From: a virus | Taxonomy: Duplodnaviria; Caudoviricetes | Direction: 5' to 3' (one strand) | DNA length: 57,200 nt | IMG/VR virus record: IMGVR_UViG_3300032331_001209 | Coordinates: 1-57,200 of that record | Shown here: positions 43,056 through 51,184 of the stretch, in pieces | How positions within the stretch are numbered: position 1 is the stretch's first letter | Layout: each line of letters begins with the position of its first letter | Notes under the pieces: generated by a model | Seen by the model: the letters and a program-made list of their open reading frames with translations, nothing else | The model's database searches: none | Told to the model about the DNA's origin: nothing | Program-made: the position numbers and the translations under genes

Positions 43056-43786
43056 GGGTTCCCTCCCGGCCAAGGGCAACGGGTGCAGCCGTAGGCGATC
43101 CCCTCGTCTGGGGGCGTCAGCGGGGTAGTTTGGACATCGGCCCCGCATCGGGGGCAGTCGGTGAGCTTCAAGAGCTCCCCCTTCATGGCGTTGAGGATGC
43201 GCTCGTCCTCGGCTTCGCGGATGGACTCCCAGCCGACGTTCGCGGCCACGGCGTCGAGGGCCGCGTGAACCTTCGCGTCTTCGTCTGCTTGAACTTGGGT
43301 GAGCTCCCGGTCGTAGATGGGCACAGCACCCTCGGGGATGGGTTCGACTTGGATCATCGACCGCCCAAGGTAGCCCGACACGGAGTCACGGTACTCGCAC
43401 TTGGTACACCGCACGCTTCCCGCCCACGGGGACATCAGCATCAGACCCGTCGTGCGCTCCATCCCCGCCTTGCACCGGGGGCAGGAGAACTCCGGGGCGC
43501 ACGGCTTCCACGAAATGGCGAACAGGTTGGTGACTTGCAGCGGGATGTGGGGGTTGAGGGCTTCCCGCGCCTCACGGATGACCCGCTCACGCTCCTCGTC
43601 GGGCATGACGTAGCGGGCCTCGTTTTCCAGCAGGGCTTGGACGAGCTTCGCGGTGTCGTACGGGCGCTTCTTCAAGCACCAGCCGCACGTCACTTCGTCC
43701 CACTCTGTGGTCTTGTTGGCGACGGCGTTCGGGACGCGACCGCAGGTAGGCGGGGCGTCGGGACCGGGCATGTGGTGAACCTTCAT
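43052..43786 (-). CDS. Multi zinc-ribbon hypothetical protein
   Basis: Several CxxC pairs (CGWC, CPRC/CTKC, CPRC/CTRC); motif at 43795-43802 upstream. Confidence 0.7.
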   Translation of the reverse strand: MKVHHMPGPDAPPTCGRVPNAVANKTTEWDEVTCGWCLKKRPYDTAKLVQALLENEARYVMPDEERERVIREAREALNPHIPLQVTNLFAISWKPCAPEFSCPRCKAGMERTTGLMLMSPWAGSVRCTKCEYRDSVSGYLGRSMIQVEPIPEGAVPIYDRELTQVQADEDAKVHAALDAVAANVGWESIREAEDERILNAMKGELLKLTDCPRCGADVQTTPLTPPDEGIAYGCTRCPWPGGNP

Positions 43787-43794
43787 GCCCGACG

Positions 43795-43802
43795 TTACGC
43801 CC
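43795..43802 (-). promoter_or_regulatory. GGGCGTAA(CGT) motif
   Basis: ATG 5 nt after TAACGT; no SD. Confidence 0.6.
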
Positions 43803-43817
43803 TCAACCCACCTGAGT

Positions 43818-44255
43818 TCACGTTTTGGCGTCGGGCTCCTCGACCACGACCACCACGCCGTCCCGCCAGTAGCGCACGACAAGGTTGACGAGGGTCGCCT
43901 CCTCGCCCGTGAACGTGGTGGGCTCCCAGCAGTCGGGGAGCTTCGGTCCCGGCACGCAGTTCGGGGTGGCGTTGAGGCACGAGCGTCGCTGGGCGCAGGG
44001 TGTCTCCACCACGGGGAGTCTCTTGACCAGCGCCTTGGGTGGTGGTCCTAGCACCTTCATCAACGGGGTGGCGTGGCCGCGCAGGGCTTGGTCGAGCACC
44101 AGCTTCGGGATCACCGAGAACAGCGGCTCCCAATCCGTCCCGACGAGGAAGTGCAAAGCGCCCCACGGGCCACCCGTCTCCGTGGGGATCACCCGCGCGA
44201 TGGTAGGCTCACCCCACCGGAGGTCGGGGAGCTTGGCGGTGACGATGCCCTTCAC
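43818..44255 (-). CDS. Hypothetical protein
   Basis: 145 aa, GTGA-coupled to the methyltransferase; its 5' end is duplicated at 45365-45442. Confidence 0.7.
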   Translation of the reverse strand: MKGIVTAKLPDLRWGEPTIARVIPTETGGPWGALHFLVGTDWEPLFSVIPKLVLDQALRGHATPLMKVLGPPPKALVKRLPVVETPCAQRRSCLNATPNCVPGPKLPDCWEPTTFTGEEATLVNLVVRYWRDGVVVVVEEPDAKT

Positions 44256-45292
44256 AGCATATCGAGGATCGACGACGGCCCACCCTCTTCAGTGGCGGTG
44301 GCATCACCCGTCTCGGGTGGGTCCATGCCCGTCAATCGGGCTTCCGCCAGCGGGAGGTAGTCGAGGTTGAGATCCGTGCCGACGTAGTGGCGACCGAGAC
44401 GGTTGGCGACGTAGCCCGTCGTCCCAGAACCACTGAAGGGGTCGAGAACGATGTCGCCGGGACGGGTGCCCGCCTTGATGCACACTTCTGCGAGTGCCGG
44501 TGGCATCGTGGCGAAGTGATCCCCCTTGTACGGGCGGGGATTGATGGTCCAAACAGAGCGGCGGTTGCGCGTCGTGGAACCCTCAAAGATGCTTCCGGGG
44601 GAATGGTGCGTCTCGTCGCCCTTGTTGCCACCGATTTTGTCGGCACGCACACGGTCTGCTTGAACGGCCCCTTCCCTCACTGCATCGGCGTCGTAGAAGT
44701 ACCTAGCGTTCTTCGTCAGCAAGAACACATACTCGTGTGAGCGGGTGGGTCTGTCCGTGACGCTCTCGGGCATACAAGAACCCTTGGCCCAAATCACGTC
44801 ACTCCGCAGGTACCAGCCGTCTGCCCGGAGAGCAAACGCCACCATCCACGGGATGCCAACCAAGTCCTTGGGCTTGAGACCGATGTCACTGGCCCTTTGA
44901 CCCTCACGGGTATCGACGTTCGCCAAGGTATTCCAAGCCTTGGCCGTCGCCCCCGGTTTGGTCACAGGGCCACCGTCGCGAGCAAATCTGTCCCCGAGGT
45001 TCAGCCACAGGACACCGTCGTCACGGAGAACCCGGCGCACCTCACGAAACACGTCCACCATCGCGGTGGCATAGCTTTCAGGTGTGGGTTCTGCCCCGAT
45101 CTCACTTCCCTTCAGCGAGTCACCTTCGCCCAAGTAAGATCGCAGCCCCCAATAGGGCGGGCTGGTCACGACGCACTGGACCGACTGTGGTTCCAACAAC
45201 CGCAACGACTCCCGCACGTCGGCCCCGTAGTAGAGGGTGGACGTGAAGGAGCGGTCGCCGTGCGGGTGGGTAATGATCTTCGGGTCTACCAT
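44252..45292 (-). CDS. DNA methyltransferase (N4-C/N6-A, beta class)
   Basis: VTSPPYWG catalytic motif precedes HFATMP...VLDPFSGSGTT SAM-binding motif; no cognate restriction enzyme nearby. Confidence 0.93.
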   Translation of the reverse strand: MVDPKIITHPHGDRSFTSTLYYGADVRESLRLLEPQSVQCVVTSPPYWGLRSYLGEGDSLKGSEIGAEPTPESYATAMVDVFREVRRVLRDDGVLWLNLGDRFARDGGPVTKPGATAKAWNTLANVDTREGQRASDIGLKPKDLVGIPWMVAFALRADGWYLRSDVIWAKGSCMPESVTDRPTRSHEYVFLLTKNARYFYDADAVREGAVQADRVRADKIGGNKGDETHHSPGSIFEGSTTRNRRSVWTINPRPYKGDHFATMPPALAEVCIKAGTRPGDIVLDPFSGSGTTGYVANRLGRHYVGTDLNLDYLPLAEARLTGMDPPETGDATATEEGGPSSILDML

Positions 45293-45301
45293 AGGGCTAC
45301 T

Positions 45302-45442
45302 TTACGCCCGTGGGCGTAGCAAGGCCGTCAGCAAGGACCGCATCGGGCCTTCATCCCCGCCGTCCTCCGTGGGGATCACCCGCGCAATAGTGGGCTCACC
45401 CCACGCTGCGTCGGGGAGCTTGGCGGTGACGATGCCCTTCAT
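45302..45442 (-). pseudogene. 46-aa chimeric remnant: 5' end of the 43818-44255 gene fused in frame to the 3' end of the 45669-46223 gene
   Basis: MKGIVTAKLPDAAWGEPTIARVIPTE + GPMRSLLTALLRPRA*; DNA repeats 45365-45442 vs 44178-44255 and 45302-45348 vs 45669-45715. Confidence 0.8.
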
Positions 45443-45657
45443 CTGTTTTGGTATCTGGCGCGGAGCTCGTTGATGGGCTCGCTCAGAGGGTGCCCCGCTG
45501 CTTGAAGGCACTCCAAGATGCGCCCGTCCTCGTACGGGTCGTCGGACATCCCCAACACGGATTCGATCTTGTCTGCCTCGGACATCTCGCCCCAGCATTG
45601 AGCACAGGGATCGTAGAAGCCGTCTTCCCGGGTGTGATTGAACGAAGGCATAGGCAC
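45439..45657 (-). CDS. Small hypothetical protein
   Basis: 72 aa, downstream of GGGCGTAATCT; ATGA-coupled to the chimeric remnant. Confidence 0.6.
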   Translation of the reverse strand: MPMPSFNHTREDGFYDPCAQCWGEMSEADKIESVLGMSDDPYEDGRILECLQAAGHPLSEPINELRARYQNR

Positions 45658-45668
45658 CTCGGCGTAGA

Positions 45669-46223
45669 TTACGCCCGGGGCCGCAGCAGGGCCGTCAGCA
45701 AAGATCGCATCGGACCCGTGTCACCTTGGTCCTCCAGCACCCGCGCCCGGTCGAACGCCTCCCACAGCTTCAACACCCGTGGCAGGGGCTCGGTGCGCTC
45801 GGTGGTGAGGGCGCGAAGCACCCGTTCGGTGCGAGCCCGCACGGGGTCCGTGCGTGGGGCGTCCAGCACCTCGGCCACGGGGTCAACGGGGGCTGTTTCG
45901 TCGTCCCCGTCCTCCCAAGGGAGGGCCGGGAGCCCGTGGTCCCGTTCCAGCTTCTCCAGCGCCGCGTGGAAGGACAACCCCTCCTTCTCACGCACCGTGG
46001 CAATGGCGTCCCGGGACCGCGAGCACGCCCAGCAGTACCATTGGTTGGTGCTCGGGTAGACGCGGGCAGACGGCTTGCTGTCACTACCGTCGCCGTGGAG
46101 GTCGCACGAGAACTGTTGCTCCCTGTCAACGTCCTGCACCCGGTAGCCATAGGCTTCGAGTACCCGCGTGATCGGGATGTCCGTGCGGATGCGGGCGGCG
46201 CGGCGTTCAGCCCTTGTCGCCAC
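45669..46223 (-). CDS. Stand-alone CHC2 zinc-finger (primase zinc-binding domain) protein
   Basis: CDLHGDGSDSKPSARVY...WYCWAC...DAIATVREKEGLSFHAALEKL; no TOPRIM domain. Confidence 0.85.
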   Translation of the reverse strand: MATRAERRAARIRTDIPITRVLEAYGYRVQDVDREQQFSCDLHGDGSDSKPSARVYPSTNQWYCWACSRSRDAIATVREKEGLSFHAALEKLERDHGLPALPWEDGDDETAPVDPVAEVLDAPRTDPVRARTERVLRALTTERTEPLPRVLKLWEAFDRARVLEDQGDTGPMRSLLTALLRPRA

Positions 46224-46818
46224 CCCACACCTCCAGCACGGCGAGGATGCGGTTCAGCCACTTGATCTCTTGATCGGTGAGCACCTTCTCAATGGCCTTC
46301 TTGCGGAGGCGAAGGCATCGGTCGCTACAGATCTTGGAGCAATACGGGCTGTTCCGGCGAGACACCTTCCGGCACTTCGGGCCGGGGCACAGATGCGCCT
46401 TGGACTTCTCCGTGACGGGGATATCCTTCGGGCGCTTGGTGACCTCTGGGGCGGGGGCTATCTCGACGGGCTGGGGTTCTTCGTCTTGAATGGCCTTATC
46501 GAGGAGCTCGATCCCGCGCTTGACAGGTTCGGAAACTTCCGGTTCCTCGATGCCCGGTTCCTCGTCGAGCTCGGGCTCTGGGCCTTCCTCCCACGTCACC
46601 ACCGGGGGCTCGGGCTCCACCGGGGGAGGTGGCGGGGAGACCACCCGCACCACGGGCTTGGGCTCCTCCGGGTTCATCGGCGGGCGGTACGCCTCGTCGG
46701 GCCGAGGGAATCCGCAGGCGACGCACTTGGCGATGATGGCGGGGTACATCTTCGACGTGGGGATGTGCCTTTCACACCGCCACATGAAGTAACTGGTCCA
46801 AGACGATGAAGTTCTCAC
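46207..46818 (-). CDS. Hypothetical protein (zinc motifs flanking a Pro/Glu-rich linker)
   Basis: CERH...CVAC and CPGPKC...YCSKIC motifs. Confidence 0.65.
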   Translation of the reverse strand: MRTSSSWTSYFMWRCERHIPTSKMYPAIIAKCVACGFPRPDEAYRPPMNPEEPKPVVRVVSPPPPPVEPEPPVVTWEEGPEPELDEEPGIEEPEVSEPVKRGIELLDKAIQDEEPQPVEIAPAPEVTKRPKDIPVTEKSKAHLCPGPKCRKVSRRNSPYCSKICSDRCLRLRKKAIEKVLTDQEIKWLNRILAVLEVWGGDKG

Positions 46819-48362
46819 GGCACACCTTCAAGGATTTCGTTGAGCGCGGCCTGCGTCTGGGCCTCGTCTCGCTTGCCAGTCACCATAGGCACTTCCTGCG
46901 ATGTCATGATCCTGCGACACGCCCATTCCACCCTCGCGAAGTAGTTCTGGAAGGGCGCTTGGTCACGGGACTTGAGGCACTGGAACAGCACCTTGTTCTG
47001 GGACCGTAGGTCGTTGTCAACGTAGCTGGCCGTCACGATGTCGGAGCTACGCTCGCACTCGTTCGCGTAGGACAGGTGCGTGAGGTTGTACGGGCCGTTC
47101 GTGTAGTTGCCACCATTGGCGCTGGCCTTCTCTGCCGCCTTCTCCGCAGCCTTGTAGCCCTCGCGGCTGATCTGGAAGAGGTTGACCACCGCCATACCCG
47201 CGCCACGATTGAAGTTCATGGCGAGGCGCTTCAAGTCGCGGAGCACTTCATTCAACCGTTCGGTGGTGCTCGGCACCCACTGCCTCGGGGCGAGCAGACC
47301 CGCGTGGTCCACGAACAGGAGGTTGAACGGTGACTTGCTGTAGATGAGCTCGGCCTTCGCCCGGAGGTCGGCCACGTTGAAGTCGTTCTTGTCCGGGTCG
47401 GACACCTCGATGTGGATCTTGCCGTACAGCCCGCTGTTGAAGTCGGGGATGACGTAGTTGACGAGGAACTCCTTCTCGTGGGCGGCGAGCTTGCCGTCGC
47501 GGATCTTCCCGTAGTCCAGCCCGACGTTCGGGCCGGGAGACTTCTGCACCCCAAGCTGGATGCGGATGTCTCGGAACTTCCCGTGCAGCGAGTGCATCGC
47601 GTAGAGAATCCTACGGCACTGGGAGTAGGGCATCTCCAGCGAGAAGATGAGCCCGTCGTACTTGTAGTAGACGGCTTGGTTGTAGAGCCAGTTGAGGGCG
47701 AGCGTGGACTTCAGACCGCCCGTGAACGCGGCGTGCGTCCAGAGCTCAAACTTCTTGGCCCCGCCAAGGGCTTCGTCCATCTGGGTGATGCCCGTGTACT
47801 GACCGATACCCGCCGTCGGGTCGCTCTCGACCTTCTCGTACTCGCGCTTGAAGTCCTCGCCGTCGAGGGTGATCTCGCCCGACAGTCTCGCGCCCGTCGT
47901 GGGCATCACGATGTCGTGCGACTTGTTGACCATGTAGCGGACGGCGTCCATCGGCCCACGGAGGTGCCGGGACTTCTTGCCCTCCTTCACCTCGACGCCC
48001 GTCTGGAGAATCTGCGACGCCTCGCGGAGGATGTCTCCCACCATGCGAGAGCGCCGTTCCTCGGCACGCTCCTCCAGACGCTTGATGAAGTCGCCCCGGA
48101 ACACGGGCTTCAGCGGAGCGAGCACCTCCAAGCGGTCGCCCGCCTCGGGGTTCTTGACGTTCTCAAAATGGGAACGGATGGTGCGAACGTCTGGGACGTG
48201 GTTGTGCGTCTGTGCGAAGTCCCGCACGAACTCCCACAACACCGTGTCCTCGGGCACGTCGAAGCCCAGCCCGCTGTCGGAGAGGGCGAGGTAGTTACGG
48301 AACGCGAGCTCCTTGTCGTCGGAGGGCAGCGCGATAAAGCACGAGCGTAGGAGGAATCTCAC
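46815..48362 (-). CDS. DnaB-like replicative helicase
   Basis: TGITQMDEALGG, variant Walker A AFTGGLKST, IFSLEM, LFVDHAGLL, FQISR, ERSSDIV, LKSRD. Confidence 0.88.
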   Translation of the reverse strand: MRFLLRSCFIALPSDDKELAFRNYLALSDSGLGFDVPEDTVLWEFVRDFAQTHNHVPDVRTIRSHFENVKNPEAGDRLEVLAPLKPVFRGDFIKRLEERAEERRSRMVGDILREASQILQTGVEVKEGKKSRHLRGPMDAVRYMVNKSHDIVMPTTGARLSGEITLDGEDFKREYEKVESDPTAGIGQYTGITQMDEALGGAKKFELWTHAAFTGGLKSTLALNWLYNQAVYYKYDGLIFSLEMPYSQCRRILYAMHSLHGKFRDIRIQLGVQKSPGPNVGLDYGKIRDGKLAAHEKEFLVNYVIPDFNSGLYGKIHIEVSDPDKNDFNVADLRAKAELIYSKSPFNLLFVDHAGLLAPRQWVPSTTERLNEVLRDLKRLAMNFNRGAGMAVVNLFQISREGYKAAEKAAEKASANGGNYTNGPYNLTHLSYANECERSSDIVTASYVDNDLRSQNKVLFQCLKSRDQAPFQNYFARVEWACRRIMTSQEVPMVTGKRDEAQTQAALNEILEGVP

Positions 48363-49162
48363 TTACCAAACCCCTTCGCGTTACGCCTCTTGGGTGTAGG
48401 CTCGGGACGCTCGATGCGCGTCGTGGTTCCCGTGGAAGCACCGGGCGACGAGTACCCGGCGGACAGTGTGAGCGGGTTGCCCGTCGAGACAGGAGCCCTC
48501 TGGGTGCTACCCACCATCTCGATGGTGAGCCCGGGTTGGAGGTCGTCCAGCACCAGCCGCTCCCATTGGGAGACGTGGTGCAGCCCGTCCTTGCTGAATG
48601 CGAGGTGCGAGGGGTCGAAGCGCCGGGTGGGTTGGTCCACCACCCACGTCGGCTTGCCGACGTGCGCCCGGTGGTACAGGGCCTCCAAGAGAACTTCCGG
48701 GGTGGCGACGTTCCGCGCCGACTTGACGCCCAGACGGATCACCAAGAGCTCGGGCGGGTCCACGAGGTCCACCAACGTGGCCTTCTCGGTGGAGACCGTG
48801 GCCGCGTCGGGGTCGAGAATCTCCTTGCCGACGAGCCCGATGGGCGAAAGCCACGCGGTCATGAGGTCACTGTCCGTGACCACCTTGAAGCCCCAGTACG
48901 GGCCAGCCCGCAGGGCGACGTGACGGAGGTGCGCTCGGAGAGAGTCGTCCGTCGCCGTGACGTACAGGTTGGTGCCCGTGTGGTCCGAGAGAGGCGACTT
49001 CTCGATCTTGGGGGCCGACGAGAGCCCAGCCCACCCACGGTTGACGTTCCGCACCGTGTCCCGTGCAATCTGGCACGCGCACGGCTTCGTGAGAGGGATG
49101 CCCCGCGCGTCGGTGCCCGCGTCGAGGTACCCCGTGCCGTAGCACTTGTCGCAACCCGTCAT
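48359..49162 (-). CDS. DnaC/IstB-like helicase-loader homolog (degenerate)
   Basis: N-terminal CDKCYGTG...PCAC; ELLVIRLG...LLEALYHR...KPTWV resembles LLxLDDLG...R...PT; directly upstream of DnaB. Confidence 0.6.
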   Translation of the reverse strand: MTGCDKCYGTGYLDAGTDARGIPLTKPCACQIARDTVRNVNRGWAGLSSAPKIEKSPLSDHTGTNLYVTATDDSLRAHLRHVALRAGPYWGFKVVTDSDLMTAWLSPIGLVGKEILDPDAATVSTEKATLVDLVDPPELLVIRLGVKSARNVATPEVLLEALYHRAHVGKPTWVVDQPTRRFDPSHLAFSKDGLHHVSQWERLVLDDLQPGLTIEMVGSTQRAPVSTGNPLTLSAGYSSPGASTGTTTRIERPEPTPKRRNAKGFGK

Positions 49163-49368
49163 CACTTCGCCTCCGGGGTATTCCCGCACACGACGCAATA
49201 CCCGTCCCATCCACGAACGCAGTCCATCCGCACCTCGATGCACCGCTCGTACTGGCGGACGAGCCCGCACCGTAGGCAGCACAATGCCTTACGCCCCGCG
49301 TCCATGTTCTGGCATGGCTTCGGGTTCGCCGGGTCGGAACCCCGGCACGCCTCGTCCAGCGGGGTCAC
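49162..49368 (-). CDS. Small Cys-rich hypothetical protein
   Basis: AGGAAG upstream; CLRC and CVVC pairs; coupled to the next gene. Confidence 0.55.
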   Translation of the reverse strand: MTPLDEACRGSDPANPKPCQNMDAGRKALCCLRCGLVRQYERCIEVRMDCVRGWDGYCVVCGNTPEAK

Positions 49369-49477
49369 GGCTCTTCCTTCTCCCTCGACAACTCCCGCAG
49401 AACTTCAAGGAGTCGGGACATCCGGCGCAACCACTCGCACCACCCCTCCCGGTCGCGGGCGTCCCGCTTGGCCCCCC

Positions 49478-51121
49478 TCACTTGTGCCTCGCGCGGGCGT
49501 CGGAGACGAGCTCCGCGAACAGGTCGGACAGGTCGTTGGTGGCGTCCACGGTCACTCCCGTGTCGGTCTCACCCTTGATGCGCTTGCCGAGAACGCTCTC
49601 GACCAGCCCCATCTTCTTGGTGAGCACCTTCACCACCCGGTCGTCGATGGTCCCCTCGGCCACGAGGTGAATGGCGTAGCAGCGGTCGTGCGTGCTCCCG
49701 ATACGGATCATGCGCCCGAGGATCTGGAGGTAGTCCCCGGCAGACCACGGGGTGTCGTAGAAGATGAGGGCCTTGGCGGCTTGGAGGTTGATGGCCTCGG
49801 CAGCGGCGGTCGTGATGGCGCACACCCTCGCGTCGCTCTTGGGGTCTTGGAAGGCGTCCTGCGAGGTCTTGCGCTCCCGCTCGTCCTCCTCGCCCGTGAT
49901 CCGCACCGCCCGCACCCCTTTCTTCTTGAGGGCCGGGACGATGATGTCCACCATCTTGCGAAACCGGGTGAACACGATGACCTTCTCGCCGTCGAGCTCT
50001 CCGTCCGTGATGAGCTCCAACAGGGCATCCAGCTTCTCGCTCTCTCCATCTACCCCGATGAGCTCCGGGTGGTTCACGATCTGCTGGCAGTAGGTGACGG
50101 CGGTGAGCTTGGTGACCTCTTTCTCTTCGGTCTGCCCGGTCTTCTCACCGACGAGGAGCAGCCCCTCCAGCGCCTCTTGGTACTTGGCCTCCTGCAACTT
50201 GGTCATGCCCACTTTGACGTGGCGCGTCACGAGGGGCGGGAGCTCACTCGCCACCTCAAACTTGGGACGCCCGAGAAAGTACGGGTCGATCTTCTTGCGG
50301 AACTCCTCGATGTCCCTCTGTCGGTACCCGACGATCACGGGCACCTGCCTACGAGTACCCGGAAGCACCTGCATCCGGGTGATGCAGTACTCGTTGAGGA
50401 AATGGTTGCGAGAGCCAAACAGCCCCGGCACCACCACTCCGTACACGCCCCAGCCCTCGATGAGGTTGTTCTTGATGAGGGTGGCGGTCAGCGCCCACGT
50501 TCGGTCGGCCTTCGACGACAGGTACTTGCAGACTTGGTGAACCTGCGTCTCGTGGTTCTTGTACGCCGCAGCTTCATCCGTGATGAGGACGTACCCATCG
50601 TAGTCCTGTAGGTCCGCGAAGTCCTGCACCGCCGTGCGGTAGCCCATGACCAGCACGGTCGGTCCCTTCGCCGCCCAGAAGGCGTCGCGGATCTTCTGGC
50701 GCTGCGTGGGAGACCCACGGCCCACGAACGGGGTGACGCCCACGGTGAACTTGCGGAACTCCCCCGCCCATTGTTCCACCGATGACTTGCTGGTGAGAAT
50801 CAGCACCTTCAAGTCAGGCGTGCGCTCCCACAGGTAGCACAGGGCCGAAATCGACTGGAGGGTCTTCCCGAGCCCGGTGTCGTCACCAAGCAGGAACCGC
50901 TTCATGGCAAGGAGGTGCATCACCCCCTGCACTTGGTAGTAGCGGAGCTTGAGGGGGCGGGACACACCGTCGAAGCCCGTGAAGCTCTCTCGGAGCAGCG
51001 GGCTGTGCCGCGCCTCCAAGTCCGTGCGCTCACGGATCTTCTTGAGCTTCTCGTAGGCGGGGTTGGGAGGGAGGGCGTCGGCGGGTGTTTCGTCGGTGGG
51101 GAGCAAGTCGTCGGTGGACAT
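49478..51121 (-). CDS. SNF2-family helicase/ATPase
   Basis: LRYYQ, DDTGLGKT, DEAA, LTAT, KVIVFTRF, AINLQAA, PWS...QILGRMIRIG. Confidence 0.93.
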   Translation of the reverse strand: MSTDDLLPTDETPADALPPNPAYEKLKKIRERTDLEARHSPLLRESFTGFDGVSRPLKLRYYQVQGVMHLLAMKRFLLGDDTGLGKTLQSISALCYLWERTPDLKVLILTSKSSVEQWAGEFRKFTVGVTPFVGRGSPTQRQKIRDAFWAAKGPTVLVMGYRTAVQDFADLQDYDGYVLITDEAAAYKNHETQVHQVCKYLSSKADRTWALTATLIKNNLIEGWGVYGVVVPGLFGSRNHFLNEYCITRMQVLPGTRRQVPVIVGYRQRDIEEFRKKIDPYFLGRPKFEVASELPPLVTRHVKVGMTKLQEAKYQEALEGLLLVGEKTGQTEEKEVTKLTAVTYCQQIVNHPELIGVDGESEKLDALLELITDGELDGEKVIVFTRFRKMVDIIVPALKKKGVRAVRITGEEDERERKTSQDAFQDPKSDARVCAITTAAAEAINLQAAKALIFYDTPWSAGDYLQILGRMIRIGSTHDRCYAIHLVAEGTIDDRVVKVLTKKMGLVESVLGKRIKGETDTGVTVDATNDLSDLFAELVSDARARHK

Positions 51122-51132
51122 GGCTCCAGACG

Positions 51133-51140
51133 TTACGCCC
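51133..51140 (-). promoter_or_regulatory. GGGCGTAA(CGT) motif at the head of the replication operon
   Basis: Intergenic exact copy; ATG 8 nt after TAACGT. Confidence 0.6.
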
Positions 51141-51184
51141 GCCCATCGGACCCAATCGAAATTCGCCCCGAGAGGGGCTGGTTC

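Noticed and set aside
43795-43820. ECF-sigma-type promoter (GAAC-N16-CGTAA)
   Set aside because: The AAC -35 element appears at this copy only, not at the other GGGCGTAA sites.
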